Under the pieces are notes generated by a model that was not told the DNA's origin, did no database searches, and saw only the letters and a list, made by a program, of their open reading frames with translations. Of a stretch of DNA of 37,309 nt, positions 19,714 to 29,028 are shown piece by piece. This stretch comes from Bacteroidia bacterium (GTDB lineage Bacteria > Bacteroidota > Bacteroidia > UKL13-3). The first letter of the stretch is position 1. Every line of letters begins with the position of its first letter. The position numbers and the translations under genes are program-made. Where the stretch lies: positions 1 to 37,309 of the forward strand of contig JBIINH010000004.1 of NCBI GenBank assembly GCA_044337585.1, read 5' to 3'.

Positions 19714-22700
19714 ATGATGAAGATGAAAAATAGGTTTAGTAGCATAATTCCCACTATATTAATGTGGACACTACTTTGCACGCAAGTTGCACCCTCATTT
19801 GCAAAACAAAATGCAGGATCTCCAAATGATCCAAAACAGCCACCAAGAGAACGACAATATCAGAAAGCAGGATGTCGCCCAGCAACCGCACAACGTGACT
19901 TGGATTTGAATAATGTTAGAACAACCATTTTGAATGGAGGAGACATGTGGTGGAATTTAAGTAATGCACGTTATGAAATTCCTAAAGTGCAAACAGGTCA
20001 AGTTGCTAAGCATTCTATGTTTGCTGGTGCCTTATGGATAGGAGGAGTTACTGCTGGTAATTTGCGAATTGCAGCACAAACTTATCGCCAAAGTGGAAAT
20101 GATTATTTTCCTGGTCCTCTAACTAATGGGGCTGCTTCCATTACCGAAGAGCGTTGCAAAGAATTTGATTACATATCAAAAGTAACGTTACAAGAAATTG
20201 ATGCTTTTAGAATTGATGAAACCAGATGGGCAGATCCTAGCGAAGAATTCGTTAAATGGCCTATGGGTAACCCGGCAAATGGCGAAGAACAAAATCTCGC
20301 TCCTTATTATGACAATAATGGAAATAATATTTACGAACCATCAGAGGGTGATTATCCATCGTTTGAGCAGAATAACCCACGCAATATTCCTGATATGATG
20401 TTATTTGTACTTTACAATGATAAAGGAAATATTCATACAGAATCAGAAGGTTTGCCAATTGGTTTAGAATTACAAACTACATGTTTTGCCTACGCAACAA
20501 ATGATGAAATTAATAACATGACCTTTTACCGAACTGTGGTAATCAATAGAGGAAATGAAACAATTGACAGTTGTGTATTTGGACAATGGGTAGATCCAGA
20601 TTTGGGTAATTATGCTGATGACTATGTAGAATGTGATGTGCCAAGAAACCTGGGAATTTGCTATAATGGTGACGATAATGACGAAGGAACCTTTGGCTAC
20701 GGACTTAATCCGCCAAGTGTCGGGGTAACTTTCTTCGAAGGTCCAAGAAGGCCAGACGGCACTGAAATTGGGCTAACCAAATTTGTATATTATAATAATG
20801 ATTTTGGTTTACAAGGTAACCCAACAAGACCTGAGCATTTTTGGGGTTATCTGAATGGGCGATGGAAAGATGGAGCGCCTATTACTTATGGAGGTCAAGG
20901 ACGCGGTGGTGCAGATACTGCTAGTTTCATGTTTCCCGGAGTAACAGATCCAGCAGGGCGTGCCAATTGGACAGAACGTATTGCCGGTAATCCCCCAGCT
21001 GATAGGAGATTTTTGCAAACAGCTGGCTCATTTAGCTTACTTCCTGGTGCACGCAACAATGTAACTATTGCAGTAATTTGGGCGAGGTCATCAACAGGTG
21101 GTGCCACAGGTTCTTTCAACTTATTAAAACAAGCAAGTGATAAAGCATTCACACTTTATAAAAATAACTTTAACATCATTACTGGTCCTGACGCACCTGT
21201 ATTGCAAGTTGTTGAGGTTGATAGCCGTTTGATTTTAAATCTAACTAATACAGATGTTGTAGAGAATTTTGTGGATACATTTGCAGGCCCATGTACAGAT
21301 AGAACGGTATTCAAATTTCAAGGGTACCAAATATTCCAACTTAAGACCCCAAATATTCCAAGTGATATATACAATCAGGACGAAGCCCGATTAGTGGCCC
21401 AATATGATATTGTTGACGGTGTTGCGCGTTTGGTAAACTCAATTTATGATCCCGAGTTAGAAGAAGATGTTAAGAAAATAATGGTTGAAGGTCAAGACAA
21501 AGGTATTAGGCATTCATTAGAAATTTCGAAAGACCTTTTTGAAACAGGCTCTGATCAAACTCTTGTGAACTTTAAAAATTACCATTTCGTTATCTTTGCA
21601 TATGCATACGCTTCGAATTGTGTGAATGATGTAACCCAATATTTACCAAGTCGTAAAACAATTGGTCGCAGAGATCTGAGTGTCTATACAGCAACTCCAC
21701 ACCCTAGAGAAGGTTATAAAAATGGTGCACAAATCAATGCATCTTATGGCGATGGTTTTATTATCAACCAATTGGAAGGTATTGGTAATGGAGCGCAAGA
21801 ATTAGATTTAACAGCCCAATCTGTGACTGAATTAATGAGTCCAGCAAATAATTATTTCTCTCCTGTGAGATCTTATGTTGCGGGTAAAGGTCCAATTAAC
21901 GTGAAAGTTATTGATCCTGTAAAACTTCCAGATACAGAATTTCATCTTTATATGCGTGATACATCAGCCAATGCGAAAAAAGATTCATCACTTTCTAGAG
22001 CAGCTACTTATTGGTTCCTAAAAAATGTTTCCACTGGTGAAGTAGTACGAGGTTCAAAAGTTATTGGCTCTGATAACGAACAAATATTTGCAAATTGGGG
22101 CTTGTCAGTACAAATTAATCAAGCTTTGATTCCGGGTTCGGGCGATGCAGATCCAACAAATGGGTATATTACATCAAGCATTCAATTTGCTAATCCTGCA
22201 AATGAGTGGTTAGATGGAGTACGTGATGAAGATGCGAGTTTCTCTAACATTCCTTATGCTCCTCAGCTAACACTTGCACCACAGTTTAACTGGATTAGAA
22301 GTGGAAGTGCTGGCTCAACCAGAAGTCCGGCATTCAGCAACGGAGAATTAGACGATTATGGTTTTAGTACCGGTGCATTGGATTCTCGTAGGGCTTATAG
22401 CAATATTATTAGTTCAAAATGGGCGCCATATGCTCTAGCATCTAGTTGGAGAACAAACGAACCAACTAAATTTCCAACCTTCGGGGCGGCTTGGGACTTA
22501 TCAGCAGGAGTTAATGGTCCAGGACAAAATAATTCGTTGGGTGCTGGAACAGCTAGGATAGATAATGCATTGTCTGATTTGCAAGGAATAGATATTGTGT
22601 ATACATCTGATCGCTCAAAATGGACCCGCTGTATTGTAGTAGAAATGGGAGAGAATGCCTCATTAAATCAAGGATTAGTAGATAAGCATGATGTAAGAAG

Positions 22701-23715
22701 GGCTGCATCTGTCGATAAATTTGGCCGTAAAGTTGGTGATCCGGGTGCAATCAATGATCCTTCAAATCCTGAAGCAGCAAATTATGTAGCTGATTCTGGA
22801 ATGAGTTGGTTTCCCGGCTATGCTTATAATATTGAAACTGGAGAACGCCTCAATATTATTTTTGGCGAAGACTCATCTTTGCCATTAGAAAACGGTAGTG
22901 ATATGGTTTGGAATCCAACAGCTAGGTTCCTAGACTTCAACTCTGCAAGACCTTTGTTTGGCGGAAAACACTATGTATATGTTTTAGGTAGCAACAAGAA
23001 ATTCAATCTTGGTAGTGGCCCATCCGGATTTTCACTTATGCCAACACGTTATGACGAATGTAAGTATGTACGTTGCATAATGGATATGAATTGTGATCCA
23101 CGCGGAAATGGGATTCAGTCAGCAATTAGTCCTAATTATTTGGTACGTAAACGCATGCTATACGCACAAGTGATGTGGACTTCGATGCCTTATTTATCAA
23201 ACGGATCAAAGCTATTGTCAATCGAAGAAGGTCTTATTCCTTCTGAAGCTAAAATAAGAATCAGGGTAAAGAGGCCTTATGCTATACATTCGCACACAGC
23301 CACAACAATCAACGACAGTATGCCTTACTACACGTTTAAAACTACCGGTGTTGCACCAACCATCTCAAAAGAAGCCGGTTTGAAATTGTTAGATAATGTA
23401 GCTGTGGTTCCTAATCCATATTATGCAAATTCAATTTATGAAGACCCGGGCAATCAATTGTCTTCTAGGGTTAGGATTGTGAATCTACCTCCACGTTGTA
23501 CCATTAGGATTTATACCGTTGATGGCAGTTTGGTAAGAACCATCAAAAAAGATGACCCAAATGCACCATATATCGAATGGGATATTAAAAATGATGCCCA
23601 AGTTCCGATTGCCAGTGGCATGTATCTTATACATGTAAAAGCAACAGATTTGGGTGAAGAGCGCATTATCAAATGGTTTGGAATTATGAGAACCGCAGAT
23701 TACGATACATTCTAA
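19714..23715 (+). CDS. Large secreted protein of unknown function with T9SS-like/FlgD-Ig C-terminal domain
   Basis: Signal peptide (PSFA|KQN). C-terminus 'VAVVPNPYY...NLPPRCTIRIYTVDGSLVRTIKK...IEWD...IASGMYLIHV...KW'. Lies 11 nt after the TBDR stop; start could be 19714, 19717 or 19723. Confidence 0.85.
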   Translation: MMKMKNRFSSIIPTILMWTLLCTQVAPSFAKQNAGSPNDPKQPPRERQYQKAGCRPATAQRDLDLNNVRTTILNGGDMWWNLSNARYEIPKVQTGQVAKHSMFAGALWIGGVTAGNLRIAAQTYRQSGNDYFPGPLTNGAASITEERCKEFDYISKVTLQEIDAFRIDETRWADPSEEFVKWPMGNPANGEEQNLAPYYDNNGNNIYEPSEGDYPSFEQNNPRNIPDMMLFVLYNDKGNIHTESEGLPIGLELQTTCFAYATNDEINNMTFYRTVVINRGNETIDSCVFGQWVDPDLGNYADDYVECDVPRNLGICYNGDDNDEGTFGYGLNPPSVGVTFFEGPRRPDGTEIGLTKFVYYNNDFGLQGNPTRPEHFWGYLNGRWKDGAPITYGGQGRGGADTASFMFPGVTDPAGRANWTERIAGNPPADRRFLQTAGSFSLLPGARNNVTIAVIWARSSTGGATGSFNLLKQASDKAFTLYKNNFNIITGPDAPVLQVVEVDSRLILNLTNTDVVENFVDTFAGPCTDRTVFKFQGYQIFQLKTPNIPSDIYNQDEARLVAQYDIVDGVARLVNSIYDPELEEDVKKIMVEGQDKGIRHSLEISKDLFETGSDQTLVNFKNYHFVIFAYAYASNCVNDVTQYLPSRKTIGRRDLSVYTATPHPREGYKNGAQINASYGDGFIINQLEGIGNGAQELDLTAQSVTELMSPANNYFSPVRSYVAGKGPINVKVIDPVKLPDTEFHLYMRDTSANAKKDSSLSRAATYWFLKNVSTGEVVRGSKVIGSDNEQIFANWGLSVQINQALIPGSGDADPTNGYITSSIQFANPANEWLDGVRDEDASFSNIPYAPQLTLAPQFNWIRSGSAGSTRSPAFSNGELDDYGFSTGALDSRRAYSNIISSKWAPYALASSWRTNEPTKFPTFGAAWDLSAGVNGPGQNNSLGAGTARIDNALSDLQGIDIVYTSDRSKWTRCIVVEMGENASLNQGLVDKHDVRRAASVDKFGRKVGDPGAINDPSNPEAANYVADSGMSWFPGYAYNIETGERLNIIFGEDSSLPLENGSDMVWNPTARFLDFNSARPLFGGKHYVYVLGSNKKFNLGSGPSGFSLMPTRYDECKYVRCIMDMNCDPRGNGIQSAISPNYLVRKRMLYAQVMWTSMPYLSNGSKLLSIEEGLIPSEAKIRIRVKRPYAIHSHTATTINDSMPYYTFKTTGVAPTISKEAGLKLLDNVAVVPNPYYANSIYEDPGNQLSSRVRIVNLPPRCTIRIYTVDGSLVRTIKKDDPNAPYIEWDIKNDAQVPIASGMYLIHVKATDLGEERIIKWFGIMRTADYDTF

Positions 23716-23773
23716 TTGAAAAAATGGGGTAGGTTGAGTTGATTAATCTACCCCCTAATAAAATAAAGAAGTG

Positions 23774-24865
23774 ATGAAAAAATATATACGACTATCATTA
23801 ATAACCGTTGGATTACTTAACGGTATAGCGTTTGCTGGTAATCCTGATCGCTCAGGAGGAGCAGGTGCAAATCAAACACTCCTTAGTCCTTACGCTAGAC
23901 CCGCTTCAATGATGGGTGCGAATATGGCAAGCCTTAGAGGTGTAGAAGCCATGCACTTTAATGTTGGTGGTTTGGCTTATGTTTCTTCAACAGAGATAAG
24001 TGCGAACCGTGTGGTTTATTTACAGGGTACCGACATATTTTTAAACAACGTTTCGCTGGGCCAAAATTTAGGTGGAGGCAATGTAATTGGCATTTCTCTT
24101 ACAAGTATGCAATTGGGAGACATAAGAATACGCACTGAAGCACAGCCTAATGGCGATATTGGTACATTTACTCCACAAGTAATAAACTTAGGGTTTGCAT
24201 ATGCCAAACAATTTTCAAACAGTATAACGGCAGGTGCCCTTATCAGACTAATCTCTGAAGGTGTTCAGGACGCAAAAGCAACAGGTATTGGTTTTGAATT
24301 TGGTGTTCAATACCAAACAGCATTAAATTCAAAAGATAAATTAAAAAAGGAAGATTTTCGATTTGGAATTGGGGTTAGAAATATTGGCTCTGATATGAAA
24401 TATTCGGGCTCGGGTTTATCATTTCGTTCAGTAAATCCTAATACAGATGCTGATAGAAAAGCATATTACGATGCTGAACAATTTAACTTGCCAGCATTGA
24501 TGCATATTGGTGTTTCGTATGATATTCGATTAGACAAGAAAGGTTCTGAAACATATTACAACAAGCTCACCTTAAACGGTAATTTTAACTATAACGCTTT
24601 CTCCGGAAATATCACGTCTTTGGGTGCAGAGTATGCATATAAAGAAACATTTATGGTTCGTGGTGGATATGGATTTCAAGCAGATATATTCAATGATAAT
24701 TTCAGAACACAATATTTAGGCTATGCCGGTGGATTTGGCATGTTGCTTCCACTTACCAAAGATGGGTTGAAATTAGGGATAGATTACTCCTACGCTCCAA
24801 CACGTGTATTTAACGGAGTACATACGATAGGTCTACGTATGTTACTAGGAAATAAAAAAGATTAA
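23774..24865 (+). CDS. PorV/PorQ-family (FadL-like) outer-membrane beta-barrel
   Basis: Signal peptide (AFA|GNPDR). 'LLSPYARPASMMGA...EAMHFNVGGLA' matches the PorV-type ARxxxMG...xxNPAGL motif. 'GVRNIG', 'LPALMHIG', 'GAEY...VRGGY', 'IDYSY...HTIGLR'. Start at GTG 23771 or ATG 23774. Confidence 0.82.
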   Translation: MKKYIRLSLITVGLLNGIAFAGNPDRSGGAGANQTLLSPYARPASMMGANMASLRGVEAMHFNVGGLAYVSSTEISANRVVYLQGTDIFLNNVSLGQNLGGGNVIGISLTSMQLGDIRIRTEAQPNGDIGTFTPQVINLGFAYAKQFSNSITAGALIRLISEGVQDAKATGIGFEFGVQYQTALNSKDKLKKEDFRFGIGVRNIGSDMKYSGSGLSFRSVNPNTDADRKAYYDAEQFNLPALMHIGVSYDIRLDKKGSETYYNKLTLNGNFNYNAFSGNITSLGAEYAYKETFMVRGGYGFQADIFNDNFRTQYLGYAGGFGMLLPLTKDGLKLGIDYSYAPTRVFNGVHTIGLRMLLGNKKD

Positions 24866-24887
24866 TTATATTCGAATCAAATTATAA

Positions 24888-24924
24888 AGAGAAACGTTTC
24901 CGTTAGGAGGCGTTTCTCTGTTTT
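24888..24924 (+). terminator. Terminator-like hairpin between the PorV-like gene and greA
   Basis: AGAGAAACGTTTCC-GTTA-GGAGGCGTTTCTCT (14-bp stem with two G-U pairs), followed by GTTTT. Confidence 0.65.
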
Positions 24925-24935
24925 ATACCAAAACG

Positions 24936-25433
24936 ATGGCAAAAGCTCCGGTAAAAGTTAATACAGAAATCAACTACGTTTCAAAAGACGGATTTGAGAA
25001 AATGAACAAAGAATTGCATGAACTGAAATATGTTCAGCGCCCTTTTATTTCAAAACAAATAGCAGATGCCAGAGACAAAGGCGATTTAAGTGAAAATGCA
25101 GAATACCATGCTGCAAAAGAAGACCAAGGGCATCTTGAAGCTAAGATTGCGCAATTAGAGACATTGATTAGTCGATCGCGGATAATTGATGAAACCAAAT
25201 TGGATACAAGCAAAGTGATGATGCTAAGTAAGGTTACTGTTAGGAATTCGAGCACAAAGAAAGATATGATTTACACACTTGTTTCAGAAAATGAAGCCGA
25301 TTTTAAAACAGGTAAAATTTCATTTAAATCTCCAATTGGTGCAGGACTCATGGGAAAAAAAGTAGGCGATAAAATTGAAGTTTCGGTACCAGCCGGACAA
25401 ATTCTACTAGAAATTATAAATATCACCTTATAG
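24936..25433 (+). CDS. greA: Transcription elongation factor GreA
   Basis: ARDKGDLSENAEYHAAK, GKISFKSPIGAGLMGKKVGD. Confidence 0.96.
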   Translation: MAKAPVKVNTEINYVSKDGFEKMNKELHELKYVQRPFISKQIADARDKGDLSENAEYHAAKEDQGHLEAKIAQLETLISRSRIIDETKLDTSKVMMLSKVTVRNSSTKKDMIYTLVSENEADFKTGKISFKSPIGAGLMGKKVGDKIEVSVPAGQILLEIINITL

Positions 25434-25441
25434 TTAAATAT

Positions 25442-25837
25442 ATGGCTTCTATCTTTTCAAAAATTATAAATGGTGAAATACCTTCCTATAAAATTGCAGA
25501 GACTGATTCTTTTCTTGCATTTCTTGATGTTAGGCCTTTAGCATTAGGGCACACATTAGTTATTCCTAAAAATGAAACAGACTATATTTTCGATTTGGAA
25601 GATGAAGAATATGCCGCATTGATGTTGTTTGCCAAAATAATAGCCCGTGCGGTAAAGAAAACGGTTCCTTGTAAAAAAATAGGTGTTGCAGTTATTGGAT
25701 TAGAAGTGCCGCATGCTCACATACACTTGGTGCCTATGCAGCAAATAGGCGACTTAAATTTTGAAAAAGAACGTTATCATTTTACAGATGAAGAATACAA
25801 GAAACTTGCTAAGTCCATTGCTTCAAATATTGATTAA
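25442..25837 (+). CDS. HIT-family nucleotide hydrolase
   Basis: SIFSKIINGEIP, GHTLVIPK, histidine triad HAHIHLVP. Confidence 0.93.
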   Translation: MASIFSKIINGEIPSYKIAETDSFLAFLDVRPLALGHTLVIPKNETDYIFDLEDEEYAALMLFAKIIARAVKKTVPCKKIGVAVIGLEVPHAHIHLVPMQQIGDLNFEKERYHFTDEEYKKLAKSIASNID

Positions 25838-25859
25838 TATTGATTGTAAATATCTGCAT

Positions 25860-25895
25860 AAAAAAAGCCCCATATTTTCATATGGGGCTTTTTTT
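25860..25895. terminator. Bidirectional intrinsic terminator between the convergent HIT and RRM genes
   Basis: Perfect 16-bp inverted repeat AAAAAAAGCCCCATAT-TTTC-ATATGGGGCTTTTTTT. Confidence 0.9.
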
Positions 25896-25907
25896 GATTC
25901 TATTTAA

Positions 25908-26225
25908 TTAGAATTGATCAAGATCTCTGTTCGAACCTCTGTTGCTGTTGAACGGTCTTCTTGGTGGTCTTTCGCTACCGGCTTCGCGTGGCTTAGCTTC
26001 GTTAACGATTAGTTTGCGCTGTTTAAATTCAGTTTCGTTTAAAGACTGAATCGCACTGTTTGCGCTAGAAGAATCAGCCATTTCAACAAAAGCAAATCCT
26101 TTTGCTCTACCTGTGAATTTATCTTTTACGATATTCACTGAATTGATTTCTCCATAAGAGGAGAATAAGTCCTTAAGGTCCTGCTCTGTAGCCTGATAGC
26201 TTAAGTTTCCAACATAAAGTTTCAT
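25908..26225 (-). CDS. Single-RRM RNA-binding protein
   Basis: RNP2 'LYVGNL', RNP1 'KGFAFVEM', 'LIVNEAKPR', R/P-rich tail. Confidence 0.93.
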   Translation of the reverse strand: MKLYVGNLSYQATEQDLKDLFSSYGEINSVNIVKDKFTGRAKGFAFVEMADSSSANSAIQSLNETEFKQRKLIVNEAKPREAGSERPPRRPFNSNRGSNRDLDQF

Positions 26226-26300
26226 TATAATAGAAAATATTTAAAAGTGATGTTGCAAGGAATGAATTAATTTTCACAAAAACTAAATAAAACTGTAAAA

Positions 26301-26897
26301 TTATTTCTTTAATGGTGTTTTTGAAACAACTTTTGCTGGGTTATTACTTAAGAATGACTTCCAATTATTGTATTTTTTATCGCTACCTCCACCCGGTAAT
26401 GATTGTTGTAAATAATGACAATACGCAGCTGCCAATCCATCCGTGGCATCAAGAAATTTAGGACTCTCATTAAATTTGAGCATACGTTGTAACATTGCTG
26501 CTACTTGCTCTTTCGAAGCATTACCATTGCCTGTTATTGACTGCTTTATTTTTTTTGGAGAATACTCAATAACACTCAACTCCCTATTAATTGCTGCGGC
26601 TATAGCCACACCCTGAGCCCTGCCAAGCTTTAACATCGATTGTACGTTTTTGCCAAAAAAAGGAGCTTCAATTGCTAATTCATCAGGCTTGTATTGGTCG
26701 ATAATCGAAGTTACACGTTCGAATATTTTTTTTAAGCGAATACTGTGTTCATCGTATTTATCTAAGTGTACCACACCAAGGCTTATTATTTTTGCTTGTT
26801 TCTTTTCAATTCCAATTAGACCATATCCCATCACAATTGTTCCTGGATCTATTCCGAGAATGATACGATCGTAATTTTTTATTTCTTCAAGACTCAT
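26301..26897 (-). CDS. ruvC: Holliday junction resolvase RuvC
   Basis: [43 protein letters not shown]. Start at ATG 26897 rather than 26957. Confidence 0.95.
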   Translation of the reverse strand: MSLEEIKNYDRIILGIDPGTIVMGYGLIGIEKKQAKIISLGVVHLDKYDEHSIRLKKIFERVTSIIDQYKPDELAIEAPFFGKNVQSMLKLGRAQGVAIAAAINRELSVIEYSPKKIKQSITGNGNASKEQVAAMLQRMLKFNESPKFLDATDGLAAAYCHYLQQSLPGGGSDKKYNNWKSFLSNNPAKVVSKTPLKK

Positions 26898-26932
26898 GCA
26901 ATCTGTAAGGCTTTTTGTGCTTAATTTGAAAA

Positions 26933-26940
26933 CAAAAGTA
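26933..26940 (-). promoter_or_regulatory. Putative -7 promoter box for ruvC
   Basis: Minus-strand TACTTTTG (exact TAnnTTTG), 35 nt upstream of the ruvC ATG. Confidence 0.55.
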
Positions 26941-26949
26941 ACGTTTAAT

Positions 26950-27903
26950 TTGGCCACAAAGAAAAGATTCGTTCAATTCTCCGTTGACACCATAAAATGG
27001 TTGCTAATCTTGTGTACATTAGTTTTCATAGGCTATAAACTGTTTGCTGCTTACGAAATTCACAATCTGTTTGAACAGATTGTTTTTGGATGGACATTCT
27101 CCAAATTTTTGTTATTACTTAGTGTGTTAGTGCTTTTACCTCTTAATATCTGTATTGAAGCGATTAAATGGCAACTTCTTATCGGTAAGTTTGAGAAGGT
27201 ATCTTTTCTATGGTCATTAAGGTCATTGGTTTCGGGCATCGCCTTGGGCGTGATGACGCCAAATAACCTTGGAGATTTTGTGGGCAGAGTAATGCATTTA
27301 GAAAAATTGAACAAATGGAAAGGAGCATTGGTTGCTGTTATAGGACATACTGCACAAGTAATGTGTGTAGCCATTCCTGGGGTATTTGCTTTTATATTTA
27401 TGTTTAATGACATTCCCTTTGTTACATCAAATTTCAATTTGCTCTTAGTGATATTGATTCTGTTGTCCATAGGTTCAATCTTCGCATATTTTCATATGCC
27501 AATCCTCAGCAAATGGTTTAAAAACAGGAAGTTAACTTCGTTTGCTGACGTATTTGGTAAATACTCAAAACAAGATTTGTTATCTGTTTTTATGCTTTCG
27601 TTGCTACGATATATAGTTTTTACCATGCAGTATGTAATGCTTACTCAATTTTTCGAAGTAGGACCAACTTTTGTGCAAAGTACCCAAGCGGTTGTTGCTA
27701 CACTTTGTGCGCAAATATTTATGCCCTCATTTCTTTTGGTTGAGATTGGAATGAGAGGGGCAAGTGCATTATTTTTTTTAGGCATTTATAGTAACAATGT
27801 TGTTGCTATATTGCTTAGTGCATACACACTTTGGATTATCAATATCATGTTGCCAACTTTATGGGGGCTAATTATTATTTATCACTATAAATATCGCAAA
27901 TAA
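26950..27903 (+). CDS. Lysylphosphatidylglycerol-synthase-TM / flippase-like membrane protein
   Basis: Multiple TM segments. 'EAIKWQLL', '[11 protein letters not shown]' and 'EIGMRG' are typical of LPG_synthase_TM. Start uncertain: ATG 26896 overlaps the ruvC start, so TTG 26950 is preferred. Confidence 0.75.
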   Translation: MATKKRFVQFSVDTIKWLLILCTLVFIGYKLFAAYEIHNLFEQIVFGWTFSKFLLLLSVLVLLPLNICIEAIKWQLLIGKFEKVSFLWSLRSLVSGIALGVMTPNNLGDFVGRVMHLEKLNKWKGALVAVIGHTAQVMCVAIPGVFAFIFMFNDIPFVTSNFNLLLVILILLSIGSIFAYFHMPILSKWFKNRKLTSFADVFGKYSKQDLLSVFMLSLLRYIVFTMQYVMLTQFFEVGPTFVQSTQAVVATLCAQIFMPSFLLVEIGMRGASALFFLGIYSNNVVAILLSAYTLWIINIMLPTLWGLIIIYHYKYRK

Positions 27904-27906
27904 AGA

Positions 27907-29028
27907 ATGATTGTTTTTTGGTTGTCGTTATCGCTTACTGCCATTTATGCAATATTGATATTGGTTTACCTATGGGGATGGCTTCGTATCCCAAATTTCC
28001 AATCTCTTGATAAAACAGCTAATCACTATCATTATACGATAATTATTCCTGCACGAAATGAATCTGCTCAAATTAAAAATTGCATTACAGATATTCTTGC
28101 TCAAGATTATGATCATAACAAACTTCAATTGCTCATTATCGATGACCATTCCAATGATAATACTGTAGAGATTGTAAATGGTATCATCAAAGAAAATCCT
28201 GTAAAGTGCATTAAACTTATTTGTTTAGCAGATGATAATTTGTCACATATTAAAAACAAAAAAGAAGCCATTACATATGCAGTAGAAAACATTTCATCAA
28301 CATATTTTATTTTGACAGATGCAGATTGCACCAGAAATACACAATGGCTAGCAACAATTGATCAATTTGTTGCATTAAAGCAACCGAAATTTGTATACGC
28401 CCCTGTGCAATTTAGTGCCAATAATTTGTTTGAAGCCATACAATCATTTGAGTTTGCAGGCCTGGTTGGTATTGGGGCGTCAGCCATACAGATAGGGTAT
28501 CCAAATATGTGCAGTGCAGCAAATTTATTAGTGCGTACCGACACGTTTAAACAAATTGGCGGTTACACAGGAAATCTTCATCTAGCAAGTGGTGATGATG
28601 AGTTTTTGTTACACAAAGTATACAAACATTTTCCAAATGATGTCTACTTTCTCAAGTCAATTGATGCTATCGTAACAACAACGCCAAATGCATCCATAAA
28701 ACAACTTAATTCACAAAGGAAAAGGTGGGTTTCAAAAAGCTTGAAATATGAAAGTAGGTATATAACAATGATACTTGTTATGGCATATTTATTCAATCTT
28801 TTAATTGTTTGGAATTGCATCACCAGTCCTATGTTAGGTTTGTCAATGTTGGTAACAAAGTTGATTGTAGAAGGATTGTTTTTATGGCCGGTGCTCAGGT
28901 TTTTCAGACAGCAAAGATATATGCTATATTTGCCGCTTGCAGAAGTGTTTCACATTTTATACGTAATTGTCATTGGCATTTCTGCAAATGTTGGAGGCTA
29001 TGAATGGAAAAATAGAAAACATGAGTGA
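27907..29028 (+). CDS. Family 2 membrane glycosyltransferase
   Basis: N-terminal TM, IIIPARNE, IDDHSND, K(K)EA, TDADC, SGDDEFL, QRKRW, C-terminal TMs. Confidence 0.9.
   Translation: MIVFWLSLSLTAIYAILILVYLWGWLRIPNFQSLDKTANHYHYTIIIPARNESAQIKNCITDILAQDYDHNKLQLLIIDDHSNDNTVEIVNGIIKENPVKCIKLICLADDNLSHIKNKKEAITYAVENISSTYFILTDADCTRNTQWLATIDQFVALKQPKFVYAPVQFSANNLFEAIQSFEFAGLVGIGASAIQIGYPNMCSAANLLVRTDTFKQIGGYTGNLHLASGDDEFLLHKVYKHFPNDVYFLKSIDAIVTTTPNASIKQLNSQRKRWVSKSLKYESRYITMILVMAYLFNLLIVWNCITSPMLGLSMLVTKLIVEGLFLWPVLRFFRQQRYMLYLPLAEVFHILYVIVIGISANVGGYEWKNRKHE

Noticed and set aside
15899-23715. Interpretation as a SusC/SusD polysaccharide utilisation locus
   Set aside because: The second gene is 1333 aa with an SPI-type signal peptide and a T9SS-like tail, not a SusD lipoprotein, and there are no adjacent CAZymes or regulators.
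25826-25845. Tandem 10-mer AATATTGATT x2 at the HIT stop codon
   Set aside because: A short AT-rich slippage duplication with no evident function.
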